NCBI GenBank assembly: GCA_026936335.1
Contig: JAPMXV010000034.1
Span: 310,001 to 374,000 of the forward strand
DNA from: Mantamonas sphyraenae STR306
Taxonomy: Eukaryota > Protista > CRuMs
Length of the DNA: 64,000 nt
Direction: 5' to 3'
In this document: in pieces, positions 11,783 through 23,976 of the stretch
How the letters are laid out: each line of letters begins with the position of its first letter
Numbering within the stretch: position 1 is the first letter of the stretch
Position numbers and translations under genes: made by a program
The notes under the pieces: model-generated
Told to the model about the DNA's origin: nothing
Seen by the model: the letters and a program-made list of their open reading frames with translations, nothing else
Databases searched by the model: none

Positions 11783-11861
11783 GTGCTGGGACAGGTGTGA
11801 TGCGATGGCGCACGGCGGGCAAACGCAAGTCTTGCTTTTTGTCGCCCTGGCACCTCCGAGC

Positions 11862-14177
11862 ATGTCTGCACTCACCGAAGAAGACTTTGCGATGCTGCAA
11901 TCGCAGCTGATGGAGCTGAAAACGCAAAACTACGACCTGACTGCCAAACTGAAGGCAGTGGAGGCTGAGAAGGAGAAGCTGCGCATGGTCACGTCGCAGT
12001 ACAAGGCAGAAGTGAGCAAGCTGAGTGCCGTTGTACAACGCTCACGCGACAAACTGGCGCTCAGCAAGCTGAACCAGGAAAAGGAAGATCTGGAGAGGCA
12101 GCTGGAAGAGAGCAGGAACGACAGCGCGCTGCAGGTTGAGGCGCTGCGGGGCAACCTCACCGCGTTGAGCACGCTTCACTCGGAGCTGGAGGCGGAGAAC
12201 AAGCACCTGAGAGACCAACTGAGTGGCAGTGGCGTCAATGTGCAGGAAATGGACAAGCAGCTGCGTGCGGAGCTGGAGGCTCTGAAGGAGGAACACGCAC
12301 AGGTGCTGGAGGCAAAGGAGGACCTGCAACAGGATCTGGACATGGCCAGCACAGACGTGATGACGCTGGAAACGGAGATCTCCGACCTGCGCAGAGAGCG
12401 GGAGAGCACAAAGGCGGACGTGGCCGAATGGAAGCAAAAGATCGGCGAGCTGGCAAAGACCATGGCCACACGCAACGAGGAAAACGAAGTGCTGAAGGCG
12501 GAAAACACAGAACTGCGCAGCAAAATGGAGGCTGCGCGTGCGGCCGAGGCGCAGGTGGAGTTTGAAGCGGAAAAGTCACGGCTGAACAAGTCGCTCGAGT
12601 CTGCTCAGGACACAATCATGGAACTGGAAAAGGCGCGGGATGCCGTGCGAGCGGAGAAGGACAGCATGGCGAGGGAGAACCGGAGAGAGAAGGAGCAACT
12701 GCAGCAGGAGCTTGCCTCGTGCCAGGGGGCGTTGGCAAAGTGTGAGGAGGCCCTCGCTCGCAGCAACGAGGCCCTGGCCGCCAAAGGGGACGAGTGCGAG
12801 GTGGAGCGTACCGCCAAAGAGCAAACCGAAGCCCAGTTGGGTGAGAAGAACGCACAGATGGAGGAACAAACAAAGGAGCTGGAGGAGACGCGTGCGTCCG
12901 AGGCCCAGTGGATGCAAAAGTCCACCGAGTTGGAAGAGCAACTGAGCCAGGCGCAGAGCAAGCTGGAGGAGCTACAAGAAGAGAAGAGCAGCTTTGACGC
13001 ACAAATGGACGATTTCAGGAGCCAGTACAAGGTGGCAGAGCGGAAGAACGTGGAGATGATCCGCGAGCTCAAGAGCCAGGTGCAGAAGCTTCGCAAGGAG
13101 ATCAAGTCGATGGAAGCGCAGGGGAGTGAACAGCGCACAGCAAGCGGATCGCCGCGTGGTGGTGGGTCAGGCACTTCGCCGTCGTCGGGAGGGCGGTCAC
13201 AGAGGGCGCGGAGTCAAACGACTGCATTGGACGGGACACCCAGCAAGGGTCGTGAGTGGACGGCAGGGTCGGAAGATGCAGATGGAAACGGAGCACAGGG
13301 TGAAGTGGAGGCCGGTGGGGAGGCGGAAGACGACGGGGACGAGGAGGGCAACGGTGGCGGGCGAATGGGCCGTGCACGCTCGCTGTCGGTGGCAGTGGGA
13401 CCGAAGCTGAAGGAGCTGCTGAAGCAGGGAACACAAAAGGCCAATTCGTTGAACAACACATCGCCTGCGTCCGCGACGGTGGGCATGCAGCGGTCACAGA
13501 GCGTGTCGAGCAGCGCCGGGACGGTGGCAGCCACAAACACGCAGCTTCAGTACCAACAGGAGCTGGTGAAGCAGTTGCAAAAGGAGAACGACGCGTTGAT
13601 TGCGCAGCTGACAACGTTGAAGCAGGAGCGGTACGAGCTGCAGGACAGGGTGACCCTGATGGAACGGGACGAGCAAATGCTCAAGGAGGATCTGGAGAAG
13701 AAAGGCACGCTATTGCAGCACTATATGAGCAAAGAAAAGGCAGGGGCACTGAGCACGCCGGAAATGGACGCTCAGCGCATGATGCAGGCGAGCAAGGGAG
13801 GGGTGATGGGATCGCTGTTTGGCAGCAGTCACGCAGCAGCAAACAACGCAGCAGCGGCGGAGGCATCGGCTGGAAGCGACAGCAACAGCAACAGCAGTGG
13901 CGGCGGCACATCCAAGGCCAAGGCACGATGGGCAGCGCTGAGTTCAAAGGTGAGCAAGACGCTGGAACAGGCACAAAGCAACATGTCGAGCTCGGGCAGT
14001 GGCGGTGGTCTCAGCGACGAGATCAACGCACACCTGCAACGGGTCATGGAAGACACGGTGCTGCGCAACATGCAGCTTACAGACGACATTGCCAAGTTGG
14101 GAGACGAGGTGGATCGGCTGTCCACCGAGAACAAGCAACTGCGTGCAGAGCTGCTGCAGGCAAAGGAGGAGGAATGA
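11862..14177 (+). CDS. GRIPAP1: GRIP1-associated protein 1 (GRASP-1)-like long coiled-coil protein
   Basis: N-terminal ALTEEDFAMLQSQLMELKTQNYDL and C-terminal INAHLQRVMEDTVLRNMQLTDDIAKLGDEVDRLS match both conserved ends of GRIPAP1. Confidence 0.8.
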   Translation: MSALTEEDFAMLQSQLMELKTQNYDLTAKLKAVEAEKEKLRMVTSQYKAEVSKLSAVVQRSRDKLALSKLNQEKEDLERQLEESRNDSALQVEALRGNLTALSTLHSELEAENKHLRDQLSGSGVNVQEMDKQLRAELEALKEEHAQVLEAKEDLQQDLDMASTDVMTLETEISDLRRERESTKADVAEWKQKIGELAKTMATRNEENEVLKAENTELRSKMEAARAAEAQVEFEAEKSRLNKSLESAQDTIMELEKARDAVRAEKDSMARENRREKEQLQQELASCQGALAKCEEALARSNEALAAKGDECEVERTAKEQTEAQLGEKNAQMEEQTKELEETRASEAQWMQKSTELEEQLSQAQSKLEELQEEKSSFDAQMDDFRSQYKVAERKNVEMIRELKSQVQKLRKEIKSMEAQGSEQRTASGSPRGGGSGTSPSSGGRSQRARSQTTALDGTPSKGREWTAGSEDADGNGAQGEVEAGGEAEDDGDEEGNGGGRMGRARSLSVAVGPKLKELLKQGTQKANSLNNTSPASATVGMQRSQSVSSSAGTVAATNTQLQYQQELVKQLQKENDALIAQLTTLKQERYELQDRVTLMERDEQMLKEDLEKKGTLLQHYMSKEKAGALSTPEMDAQRMMQASKGGVMGSLFGSSHAAANNAAAAEASAGSDSNSNSSGGGTSKAKARWAALSSKVSKTLEQAQSNMSSSGSGGGLSDEINAHLQRVMEDTVLRNMQLTDDIAKLGDEVDRLSTENKQLRAELLQAKEEE

Positions 14178-14229
14178 ATGCGATTCCATTGATGTGCTCC
14201 CTGCGTTCACGTGTTGACTGGTTGTGTAG

Positions 14230-15855
14230 TCAAGCCAAGTCGTCGACAATGGCCTGCCAGTCGTGTTGGGTGTCGTTGGCGGCGAGCTTGGAACGTGCGA
14301 GGGCAAGAAACGCCTCTTTTGGCACGTGCGCTGGCTTTGAGTCCGCGCTGGTCGAGCTCATCCCACATGCGCTTGACGAGACCATCGGTCTGCTCGGTAG
14401 CCAGGGGAGCAAGCTCGACAATGATCTTGTTCATGAGGTTGGCACGTGGCACAATGGCCAGGGCGTCGGTCTCGTCGAGAAAGTTCATGAGCGTCTCCGG
14501 GTCCTTGCTCTCCAGGAGACGCTGGACAACAGCATTGTATGTGGTCACGGTGGCACTGAAGCCCTGTTCGCGCATCTGATGGAACTGTTGGACTGCGCCG
14601 CCGACATCCTTGGCCTGCAGGTAGCCCTTGACCAGGATGGAGTGTGTCAGGTTGTTGAAGCGCATGCCTGTGCCCTGAGCCTGTTCGTACAGTTCCAGGC
14701 CCTCTTGCAACTGGCCGCACTGCATGAGTGCATTGAGCATGGCGTTGAAGGTGACCACTGTGAGGTCAATCGAGCTCTCCTGCGCCAGGGCATACACCTT
14801 GCGTGCAAAGTCGACGTTGCGAATCTCGGTGGCGCCGTTGAGGAGGGCACTGAACATAAACTCGGTGGGTTGCATGGCATCGTTGGACAGGGCGTCGTCG
14901 AGAAGGGCTTCGGCCTTGTCGAGCTGGTTGCAACGTGCGTAGCATGACAGCATGGCAGACATGGTGCGTTCGTCACCCTCCACTCCTTCCTTTTTCATCT
15001 GCTCGCTGATGCGTTCGGCCAGCTCGGGCAGCTTGGCGCGAGCCAGCGCATTGAGTACGGTGTTGTACACACCTTGGTCCGGCTGCACTCCACGCTCCAC
15101 CATCGTGTCCAGGGCCTGGAACACTGCCTGCAGATTCTCCACACGCGACGTGGCTACAATGTATTGGTGGTACGAACGGATGTCGGGCTCGATGCCGTCC
15201 AGCAACATTTCCTCCAGCACATCGGCAGCCTCCAGAAAGCTGTGTGACCACAGGACGGGGGCAGGGCTCGATGTAAGCAGCAGTGGACACATACACACAC
15301 ACATGCGGCACACAATCACACCAACAGTAGTGTGGCGTGTGCACGAGGGCGATAAACGTACCGGTTGGCTCGCAGGTGTTGGCCCATGCGTCGATTGCAT
15401 CGCTCCACGGCAGACATACGCGTGTTTCCGCCGCGCTTGCGTCCACGGCGGTGGACGGGTGCATCGTCCATGTCGGCGTCGTCATTGTCGACCACTTCGG
15501 TGTCCATGGCACGCTCGTACTGCTCATCAAGGTCGAGATCGCCGAGGGCCAGGCCACTGTCGACGCCATCCTCGTGAGCCTGCGCCTGTTCCTGCAGCTG
15601 CAGAGCCACGCGGCCCATGCTTGGGACGCTATCCACGGCTGCGCTGTGAAACGCCAGGGCGTGGGGCACATCTACACTGGGCCAAGCGGACGACAGGGCC
15701 CAGGCAGACACGTTGGAGGACGACGAGGAACTGCAGCCGACGACGGCGAGGCGCTCCTTCGCGGACGACGACACACTGGAGGCAACAGCCACCGCACACA
15801 AGGTCCCACGGGCCTGTGCAGCACGGAATCCTGCACTACGAATGCGACTAAACAT
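14230..15855 (-). CDS. Mitochondrial pentatricopeptide-repeat (PPR) protein; intron ~15240-15360; likely frameshift near 14335
   Basis: Arg/Ala/Ser-rich presequence MFSRIRSAGFRAAQARG; several 35-aa PPR motifs (PDQGVYNTVLNALARAK, VTFNAMLNALMQCGQ, TTYNAVVQRL). Confidence 0.85.
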
Positions 15856-15927
15856 ATGTGCAAGGGGAGTGTGTGTGGGGTCGCGGTGGTGGCCCAGGCG
15901 CCAGCGCAGCCACCAACACACACACTG

Positions 15928-16006
15928 ATGAGCACCCTGGACGCTGTGCAACTGGACGGCCTGGTACGTGCTCCTCCCACATCATCCATTGTATTGCCCC
16001 TCCCCA

Positions 16007-16038
<32 letters not shown>

Positions 16039-17192
16039 CTGACACAGACAGAGGACACAGACGGTGCTGAAGATCATCAAGCACTGCTCAGAGAGCGAGA
16101 ATGCAACAGGCCACCTGCTCGGCCTCGACGAGAACGGTGTGCTCGAAGTCACCAGCAGCTTTCCGTATCCCGCTGAGCTGTATGGGGGTACGTTGTGTGT
16201 GGCGGTGCGATGTGTGCGTCAGCAGCAGCTGCTGGAGCCGCGCCGAAGCGAAGGGGGGCTTCTGGGAAAGGGCGACTGACGCGTGTGCCGCTGTTCTTGC
16301 AACCGCAGCCGAGGATTCCACAGAGCTGGACGTGTATATTTATGACATGATGCGCGCGCATCGCGAGGTGAACTCGGACTACATCCAGGGTAGGTGACGG
16401 CGGCGTACATGGGGAGACGGTGGGGCGCAGACGCTGACATGCATGGCCGACCTCCTCCACGCACCGATTTTGCTCGCTGCAGCCGGCTGGTACCAAGCAA
16501 GCGGAGTGGCAGACTTTTTGTGCGAGGCCACGGTGCAACAGCAAGCAAACATCCAGGAGGACTCGCCCAACACAGTGGCGCTTGTGTACGACCCCGTGCA
16601 GACGCTGAAAGGCACGCTGAGCCTGCGTGCGTTCCGCCTGGGCGACGCATTTCTTCAGGTCTACCGCCAGGAGAACTTCAGCCAGAGCAAGCTGAACGAG
16701 AGCGGTGTGGAATACGCAGACATGTTTGAGGAGCTGCCTGTGCGCGTGCACAACCCCGAGTTTGTGCGTGCACTGCTCTTTGAGCTCGAGGACCTGGACG
16801 AATCCCTGCGCACCAACTTTGACGCCCTCCTGCTCCACAGCGACACCTTTCTGCAGACCAAGCTCGAGGCAGTCATGCAGGACATTGATGCTCTCACCAA
16901 CGAGCAGTACCGCTTCGTGTCGTACCAGAAGCAGCTGAACCGCCAGCAGGCACAGCAGGCCCAGGCCATCACCAAGTTCAAGGAGGAGAATGCACAGCGC
17001 CGCCAGCAGGGCCAGCAACCTCTGTCTGAGGAAGAACTCAACAATGACCCTGCCTTCAAGCCCATCTCCGAGCCCTCCCGCCTCGAGAGCATGCTGCTCA
17101 CCAACCAGATTGACGCCCACCTCGACGAGGTCAACACCTTTGCTAGCGACCGTCTCAGCAAGCTCTTCCTCTCCCGCGGCCTCCAAGGATAA
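15928..17192 (+). CDS. EIF3H: Translation initiation factor 3 subunit H (MPN domain), four exons
   Basis: VQLDGL|TVLKIIKHC..ATGHLLGLD..LEVTSSFPYP, MMRAHREVNSD..GWYQ, VALVYDP..GTLSLRAFRL, FEELPVRVHN, FKPISEPSRLESML. Confidence 0.95.
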
Positions 17193-17230
17193 ATGCAACC
17201 CAACAGGAATCCATCCATTGCCACATCTCA

Positions 17231-19181
17231 TCATCGATCGTGCGCCACGTGCGACACTGCACGCTTTCCCGGCATCCTTCCAAACTCCTGCAACCCGTCG
17301 CCCCCACCGCCTGCTCCGTCCCCTCCCCTGCTCTGTGTGCTTGCGTTCCCATTGTTCCCATTGTCGTCTGCGTCGTTGCCTGACTGTGCGTCACTGTTTC
17401 CGCTTGCGCCTGTGCTGCCTGCGCCACTGTTTCCACTCCTGCCGTTGCCGTTGCTGCTGCTGCTGCCGCTGCTGCTGCCGCCGTGCTGATTGCCCGACGG
17501 CTTGCCAAACAGGCTCTGCTCGTGGAATGCCTGCTTTCGTGCCGCTGCATGCTTCGTCTGTACATCGTCAAAGTGCTGGAGCAGAGGGCCAAAATCGATC
17601 TGGGGCGCGTTGGTGTCCCCAGCCTCCTCGGGTGCCACCAGCTTGCTCGCGGGCAGCATGTGCATCTGTGTGAGCGTGGACACGCTATGCAACCTGTTTT
17701 TCAGCGTGTGGAAGGCTGTGCTCTGCGGCAGCAGCATCAGCAGGCCGTACAGGCACTTGAACAGGTGCGGGTGCATCTCAGGCTCCAGCAGCTGCAGCCT
17801 CAGCGTCGTGAAGATGGGCGACTCGATCAGTTGGATGAGTTTGTCCAGCTCGAGAAGGAAGCCCACCGTGAGTTCCATGCTGGAAAACTTGAAAACAAGC
17901 TCGCAGGCGTGTTCGTACGCCTGGGCCAGCAGGCAGAGTGAGAACGTCGCCACGGGGCTGTGGCACCACGACATGTACAGCGTCACAAACAAGTCACTGC
18001 CTTCTGGCGTGTCCAGGCTCTTGAGCTGGTTGCGCAGGTCCGCATATTCTGGGCTTGTCAGGTAGATCAGGTTCAGGTTGACAATCATCAACGACGCAAA
18101 CTCAAGGTCCTGCTCCTGCTCCAGAATCTTGCTAAACGCACGGAACACCTTTTCCGCGTCCAGGAAGAAGCTCAGCTGGCGGATGATCAGGGAGCCACGG
18201 TTCTCCAGCAACACACGGTCAGTGCTGAACAGTTTCAGAAGCGAGCTCATAAAGAGGGCAAAGTACGTCTCGCTCTGCGAGATGCGGCCCAGCACCTCCA
18301 GATCGAGACGCACCACCTCCTCCACAGGGTCGGACAGGAGCTTGAGCAGGGCCGGAAACAGCTCGTCCACATACTCAAACAGTTTCTCGGGCGATTTCAG
18401 GTGCAGCATCAGGATCCACGTCAGCGCGGCCATGCGTGTGTGTTCGCTCTCGTTCACAAACTGCGTCGTGGCCACGTTGAGCAGCGGCGCCAGAGCAAAC
18501 TCTTCCTGTGTGCCGTTGATCAGCCTGTGGAGCGACTTGTTCGTCACCACCGTCACGTCACGGATCTCCTGCAGTTCGTTCGAGATGTTGGGCAGCAGCG
18601 CAGCCAACAGCTGATCGCTGTACGGCAGCAAAATCTCCTTGCCCAGTGTGATCAGTTCGTTCAGCCACGTGATGGCCGTCAGCCGGCTAAACTCGTCGTC
18701 TGAGCCGCAGTGTGGAATGAGAATTTCCACAATCGCCGCGTACTCCACATTTGCCGCCTGCTGTTTGATTTCAAGCAGGAATTCGGCCAGAGTTGCGTCC
18801 GCTTGTTGTCGGATCATGCGTTGCGGGTCGCTGAGCATGATAAACACGCCGTCGAGAAAGTCGGGCAGGTAGTCCAGCATGTCGATGTCCGGCACTGAGT
18901 CCAGCAGTGAGATCCAGCCCACCAAGAACTGCAATGGCATGTACGGTGTGTATGTGTGTCAGAACCATGTGCATGTGCGCATGTGTGTGCATGCGTGTGC
19001 GTGTGTGTGCGTGTGTCCAACGTACGGCGCGCACAAACGGATTGATGACATAGATGCGTTCACGCAGCAGCGGGATGAACTTTTCCACGTCAAAGTTGTC
19101 GCTCTCGCCCACAATGTCTTTGATGAGGCGGTCCAGCAGCTGTGCACCGTTCTTGACATTTGGGTCGGCGTCGGCCGCGAG

Positions 19182-19220
<39 letters not shown>

Positions 19221-19894
19221 CGAGTGTGTGCGAGGGGCGGTGTGCCCAGACAAAGGGACCTTTCCTTTTGGCAACCCGCACAGCATGCACAGGGATGGTG
19301 TGCGCCACAAGCAGGTGCAATGGCCAAGGCAAAAGTCAATCCGTACGCAAAGGAGGGCGCAGGAGGCAGCACTCACCTTGCACAGGCCGTCAAAGATCTC
19401 GTTGAAAAACACAAGCACGTGCTGGCGAGACACCTTGGCGATGTTGTACAGAGACTCACAGGCGTAGTAACGCACGCGAGAGTCCTGGTCTGTGAAACAG
19501 CGCACCACAGGAGGGATGAGCTCCTCCAAGAAGTTTGCTGTGGCCTGTGCGCAGGTTTGGCGTGTGTGTGTGTGTGAGTGTGGGCTCGGCGGAGTGCAGC
19601 TCTTTGCGCGGCCCTCTCCTCGTCCTTGCCACCTACCTCGGCCAGCCCAATGGCTGTGGCTGCCAAACCGATAAGCCCACCCTTGCGCGAGTTGGCTGCT
19701 GGCGCGTACGCAAAGTTCTTGTTCAGATACTGGATGATCGACCTCACTTTCTGCTCGTCGTTCTCTGCGTACGTCTCGCGAATCAGCTGCTGGATCTCCA
19801 TGGCGGCCAGCTTTCGCTTGTCGTACAGCTTGTCATTCAGATTACGAATCACAGATGGCGGAAACGGCGACGGTTCCGACGACGACGTGGACAT
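17231..19894 (-). CDS. VAC14: VAC14 scaffold of the PIKfyve/Fab1 complex, four exons
   Basis: [108 protein letters not shown]. Confidence 0.96.
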
Positions 19895-19964
19895 GGCGTT
19901 CGTGTGGCCGAACTGTCGCTCCAGCGCTCGCTCTGCCAGCCACTCCACTCCCCTCCTGGGACCC

Positions 19965-20858
19965 ATGACCGACTGTGACTTTCTCCAGCCCTACAAGGTG
20001 GACGTGCCCGTCGACTCCCTGTTTTACGTGCCCGACTTTATCACCGCCGAGCAGGAGGACGACTTTGTGCGCGGCGTCACCTCGGCCCCAAAGCCAAAGT
20101 GGACCGTCCTCGCTCACAGACGCCTGCAAAACTGGGGCGGCAAACCAGCTGACAACAAGAAGAAACCGATGGTGGCTGTCGACCTGCCGCAGTGGCTGGC
20201 ATGGATGGCTGACCAGATGCAGAGCGACGGACTCTTTGAACACAAACCCAACCACGTCCTGGTCAACGAATACCAGCCTGGTGAGGGCATCATGCCGCAC
20301 ACAGACGGTCCCTACTTCCACCCACTCGTCACAATCATCTCACTCGGTTCCCCCTGCGTCATGGATTTCTACGCAGGCCGCCTGCGCAAGGAACGCACCG
20401 ATCTTCCCCAACCAAACGCCATCCAGGAGGAGCAGCACGACGACGACGACGACGACGACGACGATAGTCAGAGCCACACCATGGAATCCAGCGACAAAGA
20501 CGACCTGGAGCAGGTTCAGGAGGAGGAGGATGCATCCTCCTCCTCCTCCTCCTCCTCCGCCTCTTCCTCCAACTCCACCTCCACCAAACGCGTACCGCAA
20601 CGCCAATCTCGACCCGACTACATGTTTTCCATGGTGCTTCAACCTCGTTCCCTCCTCGTGTTTGGCGATGACGTGTACACAAAGTGTCTGCATGGCATCG
20701 AGGAGGCCGAAGAAGACGTTGTCACAGACGCCTACGTCAACTTGGACAACACCGGCGTGGCCGTGGGCGACACCATCCAACGTGACGTCGGACAGCCTCG
20801 CATTTCTCTCACCTACCGCTGGGTGCCCAACACCGTCAAGGTCAAGCTGCGGTTCTGA
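19965..20858 (+). CDS. ALKBH6: AlkB homolog 6 (2OG-Fe(II) dioxygenase) with an acidic/Ser insert
   Basis: FYVPDFIT, APKPKWTVLAHRRLQNWGG, PNHVLVNEYQPGEGIMPHTDGP, LQPRSLLV, LHGI, RISLTYRWVP. Confidence 0.93.
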   Translation: MTDCDFLQPYKVDVPVDSLFYVPDFITAEQEDDFVRGVTSAPKPKWTVLAHRRLQNWGGKPADNKKKPMVAVDLPQWLAWMADQMQSDGLFEHKPNHVLVNEYQPGEGIMPHTDGPYFHPLVTIISLGSPCVMDFYAGRLRKERTDLPQPNAIQEEQHDDDDDDDDDSQSHTMESSDKDDLEQVQEEEDASSSSSSSSASSSNSTSTKRVPQRQSRPDYMFSMVLQPRSLLVFGDDVYTKCLHGIEEAEEDVVTDAYVNLDNTGVAVGDTIQRDVGQPRISLTYRWVPNTVKVKLRF

Positions 20859-20930
20859 AGAAGCCGCAATGTCGAGTTTTTGTTTCCCTTTCGAAACCCC
20901 ATGTTGTGTCCCCAGACACGTCCCTGCGCG

Positions 20931-22799
20931 TCAAAATGTGCCCTTGCCATACTGGCCGTCTTCGGCGTTTGTTTGTAGGCGTGCCCCAATGATATTGAGC
21001 GCTGCAGGGTTGTGAAACTGCAGCGCGTAGTAGTCCACCTTTTGGCGCATCATCTTGGCGAAAAAGACGTCGTCCATAAAGGGCCTCTTTTCCATAAAAT
21101 CGCTCATAAAGGCACGCGCGTCAAGGAGCGCTGTGCGATCGTACCCGGTCACCTCCTGACACCTCTGCGTGCCCCACACGGCCGTGCACACTTCGTTAAA
21201 CGCCACCGCCGCAAGCATGCTCGGCCGATACTGCAGATACTCCACGTCCAGCACACACAAATCCAGAATAGACATCACGCTGACCAGCAGGTCCGCCCGA
21301 AAGTTGGGTGGCAACGGGTCGTGCGCACCACCTGCCTGTCCCACCTCCAGCAGGCCTCCGCTGCCAATCATGATGTCGTTCGACGCCCCACTGCCTCCAA
21401 TCGACCTGTTTCCTCCGTCTCGCCCGGAAAACTGAAGCTTGCGCTTGCGTTTGCCTGCGTGTGAGCTTGCCGTCGCCAACCTCGCGGCCCGCCTCAGGTA
21501 AAACTGCGCCCACGTGTACACTGTGATTGGTGTCAGGTGCCAGTTTAACCTGTGCATCATGAGACGTTCCATCTGTACAAGCTGTCCCATCGTGTATGCA
21601 CTGTCGGTGATCAGCGCATAGTCACGAATCGTCGGCGGGTAGATCTCTTCGATCTTGCTCGCGACAAACAGCGCCGTCACGCCAATCAGCTGCAGTTTGC
21701 TCTTGCCCACGTCGGGCACCGTGTCCAGGAACCGGTCCACAAAGTTTACCGCAAGGTGCATCGTCTCCCTGTGCAGCCTGTACTCCTCGCATACCTCCAT
21801 CATCCAGTCCACCAGGATGTACCGCATGCGTCGATTGATGTTACTCTGCTTCTCGTCGATGAAAGACGGCTCCGGCACGTAGTCCAGTTCCCGTGCAAAC
21901 ATCCAGTCCACGTGTTCTGCCTCTAGGCACTCCTCCCAGTACTCCGGCTTGCTCGGCAACCGGTTGTACTCGTCCATCCTCTCTCCCAACCCTCCCACAT
22001 GTACCACAAGCTCCCCTGGCGAGTTGTGCGACCCTGGCGACTCGCAGTCCACCTCAGCCAGCGCAGCGTGTTCCTCCTCTTCGTCTGCCAGCAGCTCCAG
22101 CGACAGCTGGTCTGTCGAATGTGTCCTCTCCATGGCTGCTCGGCGTGCCTGTCGGGTCAGTGCCGCTGCTGCCACGCCCCGATTGCTGCGGCTCAGTTTG
22201 CTGCTGCTGTCCACGCTGCCCACACTTTCCATAGACATGTCCAGGTTGCCCAGGCGCCCGCTGATGTCCATTGACGACGCAGACGAGACACTCGACACGT
22301 TGTGGTGCGTCGACGAACTGCCCACAGACGATGGCATGCCCACACTCGGCAATCCAAAGTCAGGCGACGAGTGGTCCGACGAATACTCCGTGCTCGATCC
22401 CGTGTGCGGCGCCTCCCGCATCCGCTGGAACGCGTCACTGGGTGTGCTCTGTGTCCATCCTCCAACATCCTCGCTCGCGCGTGCATATCGCTTTCTGCCC
22501 AGACTTGTCGCGCTGCCGCCCACAAACCCGTCCTGTTGCATCTCCATGTCCAAATCGTCCCGGAACGAGCCTTGCCCGTCGAGCTGATCACCTCGTCCTC
22601 GCTTTGTGCCACTCAACCGTCCTGCCTCAAACTGTGCTTCGCTTGTGTCTTCTCGTTTCTTCGGTGATCCGTAGCTGCCCCACTGTGCTGTTTCTGCCCC
22701 GCTGCTCCCGTGCTCAGTCGTCTGCAGCTCGATGTCCTGTGTTGGTTCGGCTTTCGCGCGCTTTTCTTTCGCGCCCTCGCGAAAGTTGAAGAAGCTCAT
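20931..22799 (-). CDS. CCNE: Cyclin E-type G1/S cyclin
   Basis: Cyclin box MRYILVDWMMEVCEEYRLHRETMHLAVNFVDRFL, LQLIGVTALFVASKIEEIYPP, LNWHLTPIT, LDLCVLDVEYLQY; LHRET and the QFHN tail are cyclin E-like. Confidence 0.8.
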   Translation of the reverse strand: MSFFNFREGAKEKRAKAEPTQDIELQTTEHGSSGAETAQWGSYGSPKKREDTSEAQFEAGRLSGTKRGRGDQLDGQGSFRDDLDMEMQQDGFVGGSATSLGRKRYARASEDVGGWTQSTPSDAFQRMREAPHTGSSTEYSSDHSSPDFGLPSVGMPSSVGSSSTHHNVSSVSSASSMDISGRLGNLDMSMESVGSVDSSSKLSRSNRGVAAAALTRQARRAAMERTHSTDQLSLELLADEEEEHAALAEVDCESPGSHNSPGELVVHVGGLGERMDEYNRLPSKPEYWEECLEAEHVDWMFARELDYVPEPSFIDEKQSNINRRMRYILVDWMMEVCEEYRLHRETMHLAVNFVDRFLDTVPDVGKSKLQLIGVTALFVASKIEEIYPPTIRDYALITDSAYTMGQLVQMERLMMHRLNWHLTPITVYTWAQFYLRRAARLATASSHAGKRKRKLQFSGRDGGNRSIGGSGASNDIMIGSGGLLEVGQAGGAHDPLPPNFRADLLVSVMSILDLCVLDVEYLQYRPSMLAAVAFNEVCTAVWGTQRCQEVTGYDRTALLDARAFMSDFMEKRPFMDDVFFAKMMRQKVDYYALQFHNPAALNIIGARLQTNAEDGQYGKGTF

Positions 22800-23283
22800 C
22801 CTGTGTCTATGTACGTCCTCCCTGCTCCTTCTATGCACCCCACATCCCATTTCGTCGCCCCAACGGCGCCCGCACGACTCTGTGTCAGTCCCAGCCCGCG
22901 CCGCCCGCGCTTTTCGCGCCTTGTCGAAAAATTTGGCGCCAATCCTCGGCCCCTAGCCTCCACGCCTGCCACAGACATATCTGCGCCCTCTGCGTGCGTG
23001 TACCACCTTCCCTATGGATGATGAAGCATGCACGCAAGGTCTGGTGGCGCTGCTAGTCTCACCGCATGGCCGCCGTTGTCACCTACCTGCCGGTCGACTG
23101 CCTGTTGTGTTGGCCGGCAATGGGCAGCCTCTGCGATCGCTGTTTGCCAAAACAGCCTTGCATCGTTGGAGTTGGGGACCGGGTGTATGCGACGGACAAG
23201 CAGTGGGCCTCTTTGCAGCTGTGTAGAGTGCTTTTGCGGAACGGCAAGCGAGACGACTGCGCCGGCTCGGCCACGACGAAAAC

Positions 23284-23976
23284 ATGGAGGACGATACCCC
23301 AGTGTGCCGCTTCTATGCCCAGGGAATCTGCAATAGAGGGGAAGAGTGCAAGTTTAGACACGTGGACGGCCTAACAGCCGGCCCGTGGTCGCGCAAGGAG
23401 CGCAAGAAGAAGCGCAAGGAGAGCCGCGAGGCAAAACAGGGCCAAACGCAGGAGGCCAGCGGGGCCCAAACGACAAGCTCGACCGCCCAGCCGTCGTCAA
23501 AGCGCAGCGCGCAGCGCAGAAAGAGGAAGAAGAAGACCAATGGCAACAACAGCAACAATGGCAACATTGTCACCAGCGTAGGCGGCGTGGGCGGCGCCGC
23601 AAACATCGTGCCCCTTCAAGCAGAGGGCAGGGAATTGTGCAAATTTTACGTGCGGGGTTTTTGCCGCAATGGCGACAACTGCCCCTACGTCCACCCAGAC
23701 CTCAGCGTGGGCCCCGTTTTCTTCTCGCAGCCCATCCCGCTGGACACGCGCACCGTGCCCTGCTCCTTTTTCCAGAAGGGCGTGTGCACAAAGGGCGACC
23801 AGTGCAGATTCGCACACGTCCTCATCAACAACACCACTTCCAGCACCACCGAGTCCGCCAAGGACGAATCCACCACAGAAGTTTCCGCCTCGGAAGCACA
23901 GAATGACACCAGCAACAGCAGCGAAACCACCAGCACCAGCACCAGCACCACAACTGAAGACGAGAACGACGCCTGA
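23284..23976 (+). CDS. CCCH zinc-finger protein (three C-x7-C-x5-C-x3-H fingers)
   Basis: CRFYAQGICNRGEECKFRH, CKFYVRGFCRNGDNCPYVH, CSFFQKGVCTKGDQCRFAH; basic NLS-like runs. Confidence 0.85.
   Translation: MEDDTPVCRFYAQGICNRGEECKFRHVDGLTAGPWSRKERKKKRKESREAKQGQTQEASGAQTTSSTAQPSSKRSAQRRKRKKKTNGNNSNNGNIVTSVGGVGGAANIVPLQAEGRELCKFYVRGFCRNGDNCPYVHPDLSVGPVFFSQPIPLDTRTVPCSFFQKGVCTKGDQCRFAHVLINNTTSSTTESAKDESTTEVSASEAQNDTSNSSETTSTSTSTTTEDENDA

Noticed and set aside
18930-19035. Possible non-canonical splice site in VAC14
   Set aside because: GCC|gtacgt...cag|TTC gives a canonical in-frame junction (INPFVRAFLVGW).
23014-23283. Short Cys-rich ORFs upstream of the CCCH gene
   Set aside because: No recognisable domain or convincing splice link; probably promoter/UTR shared with the cyclin gene.
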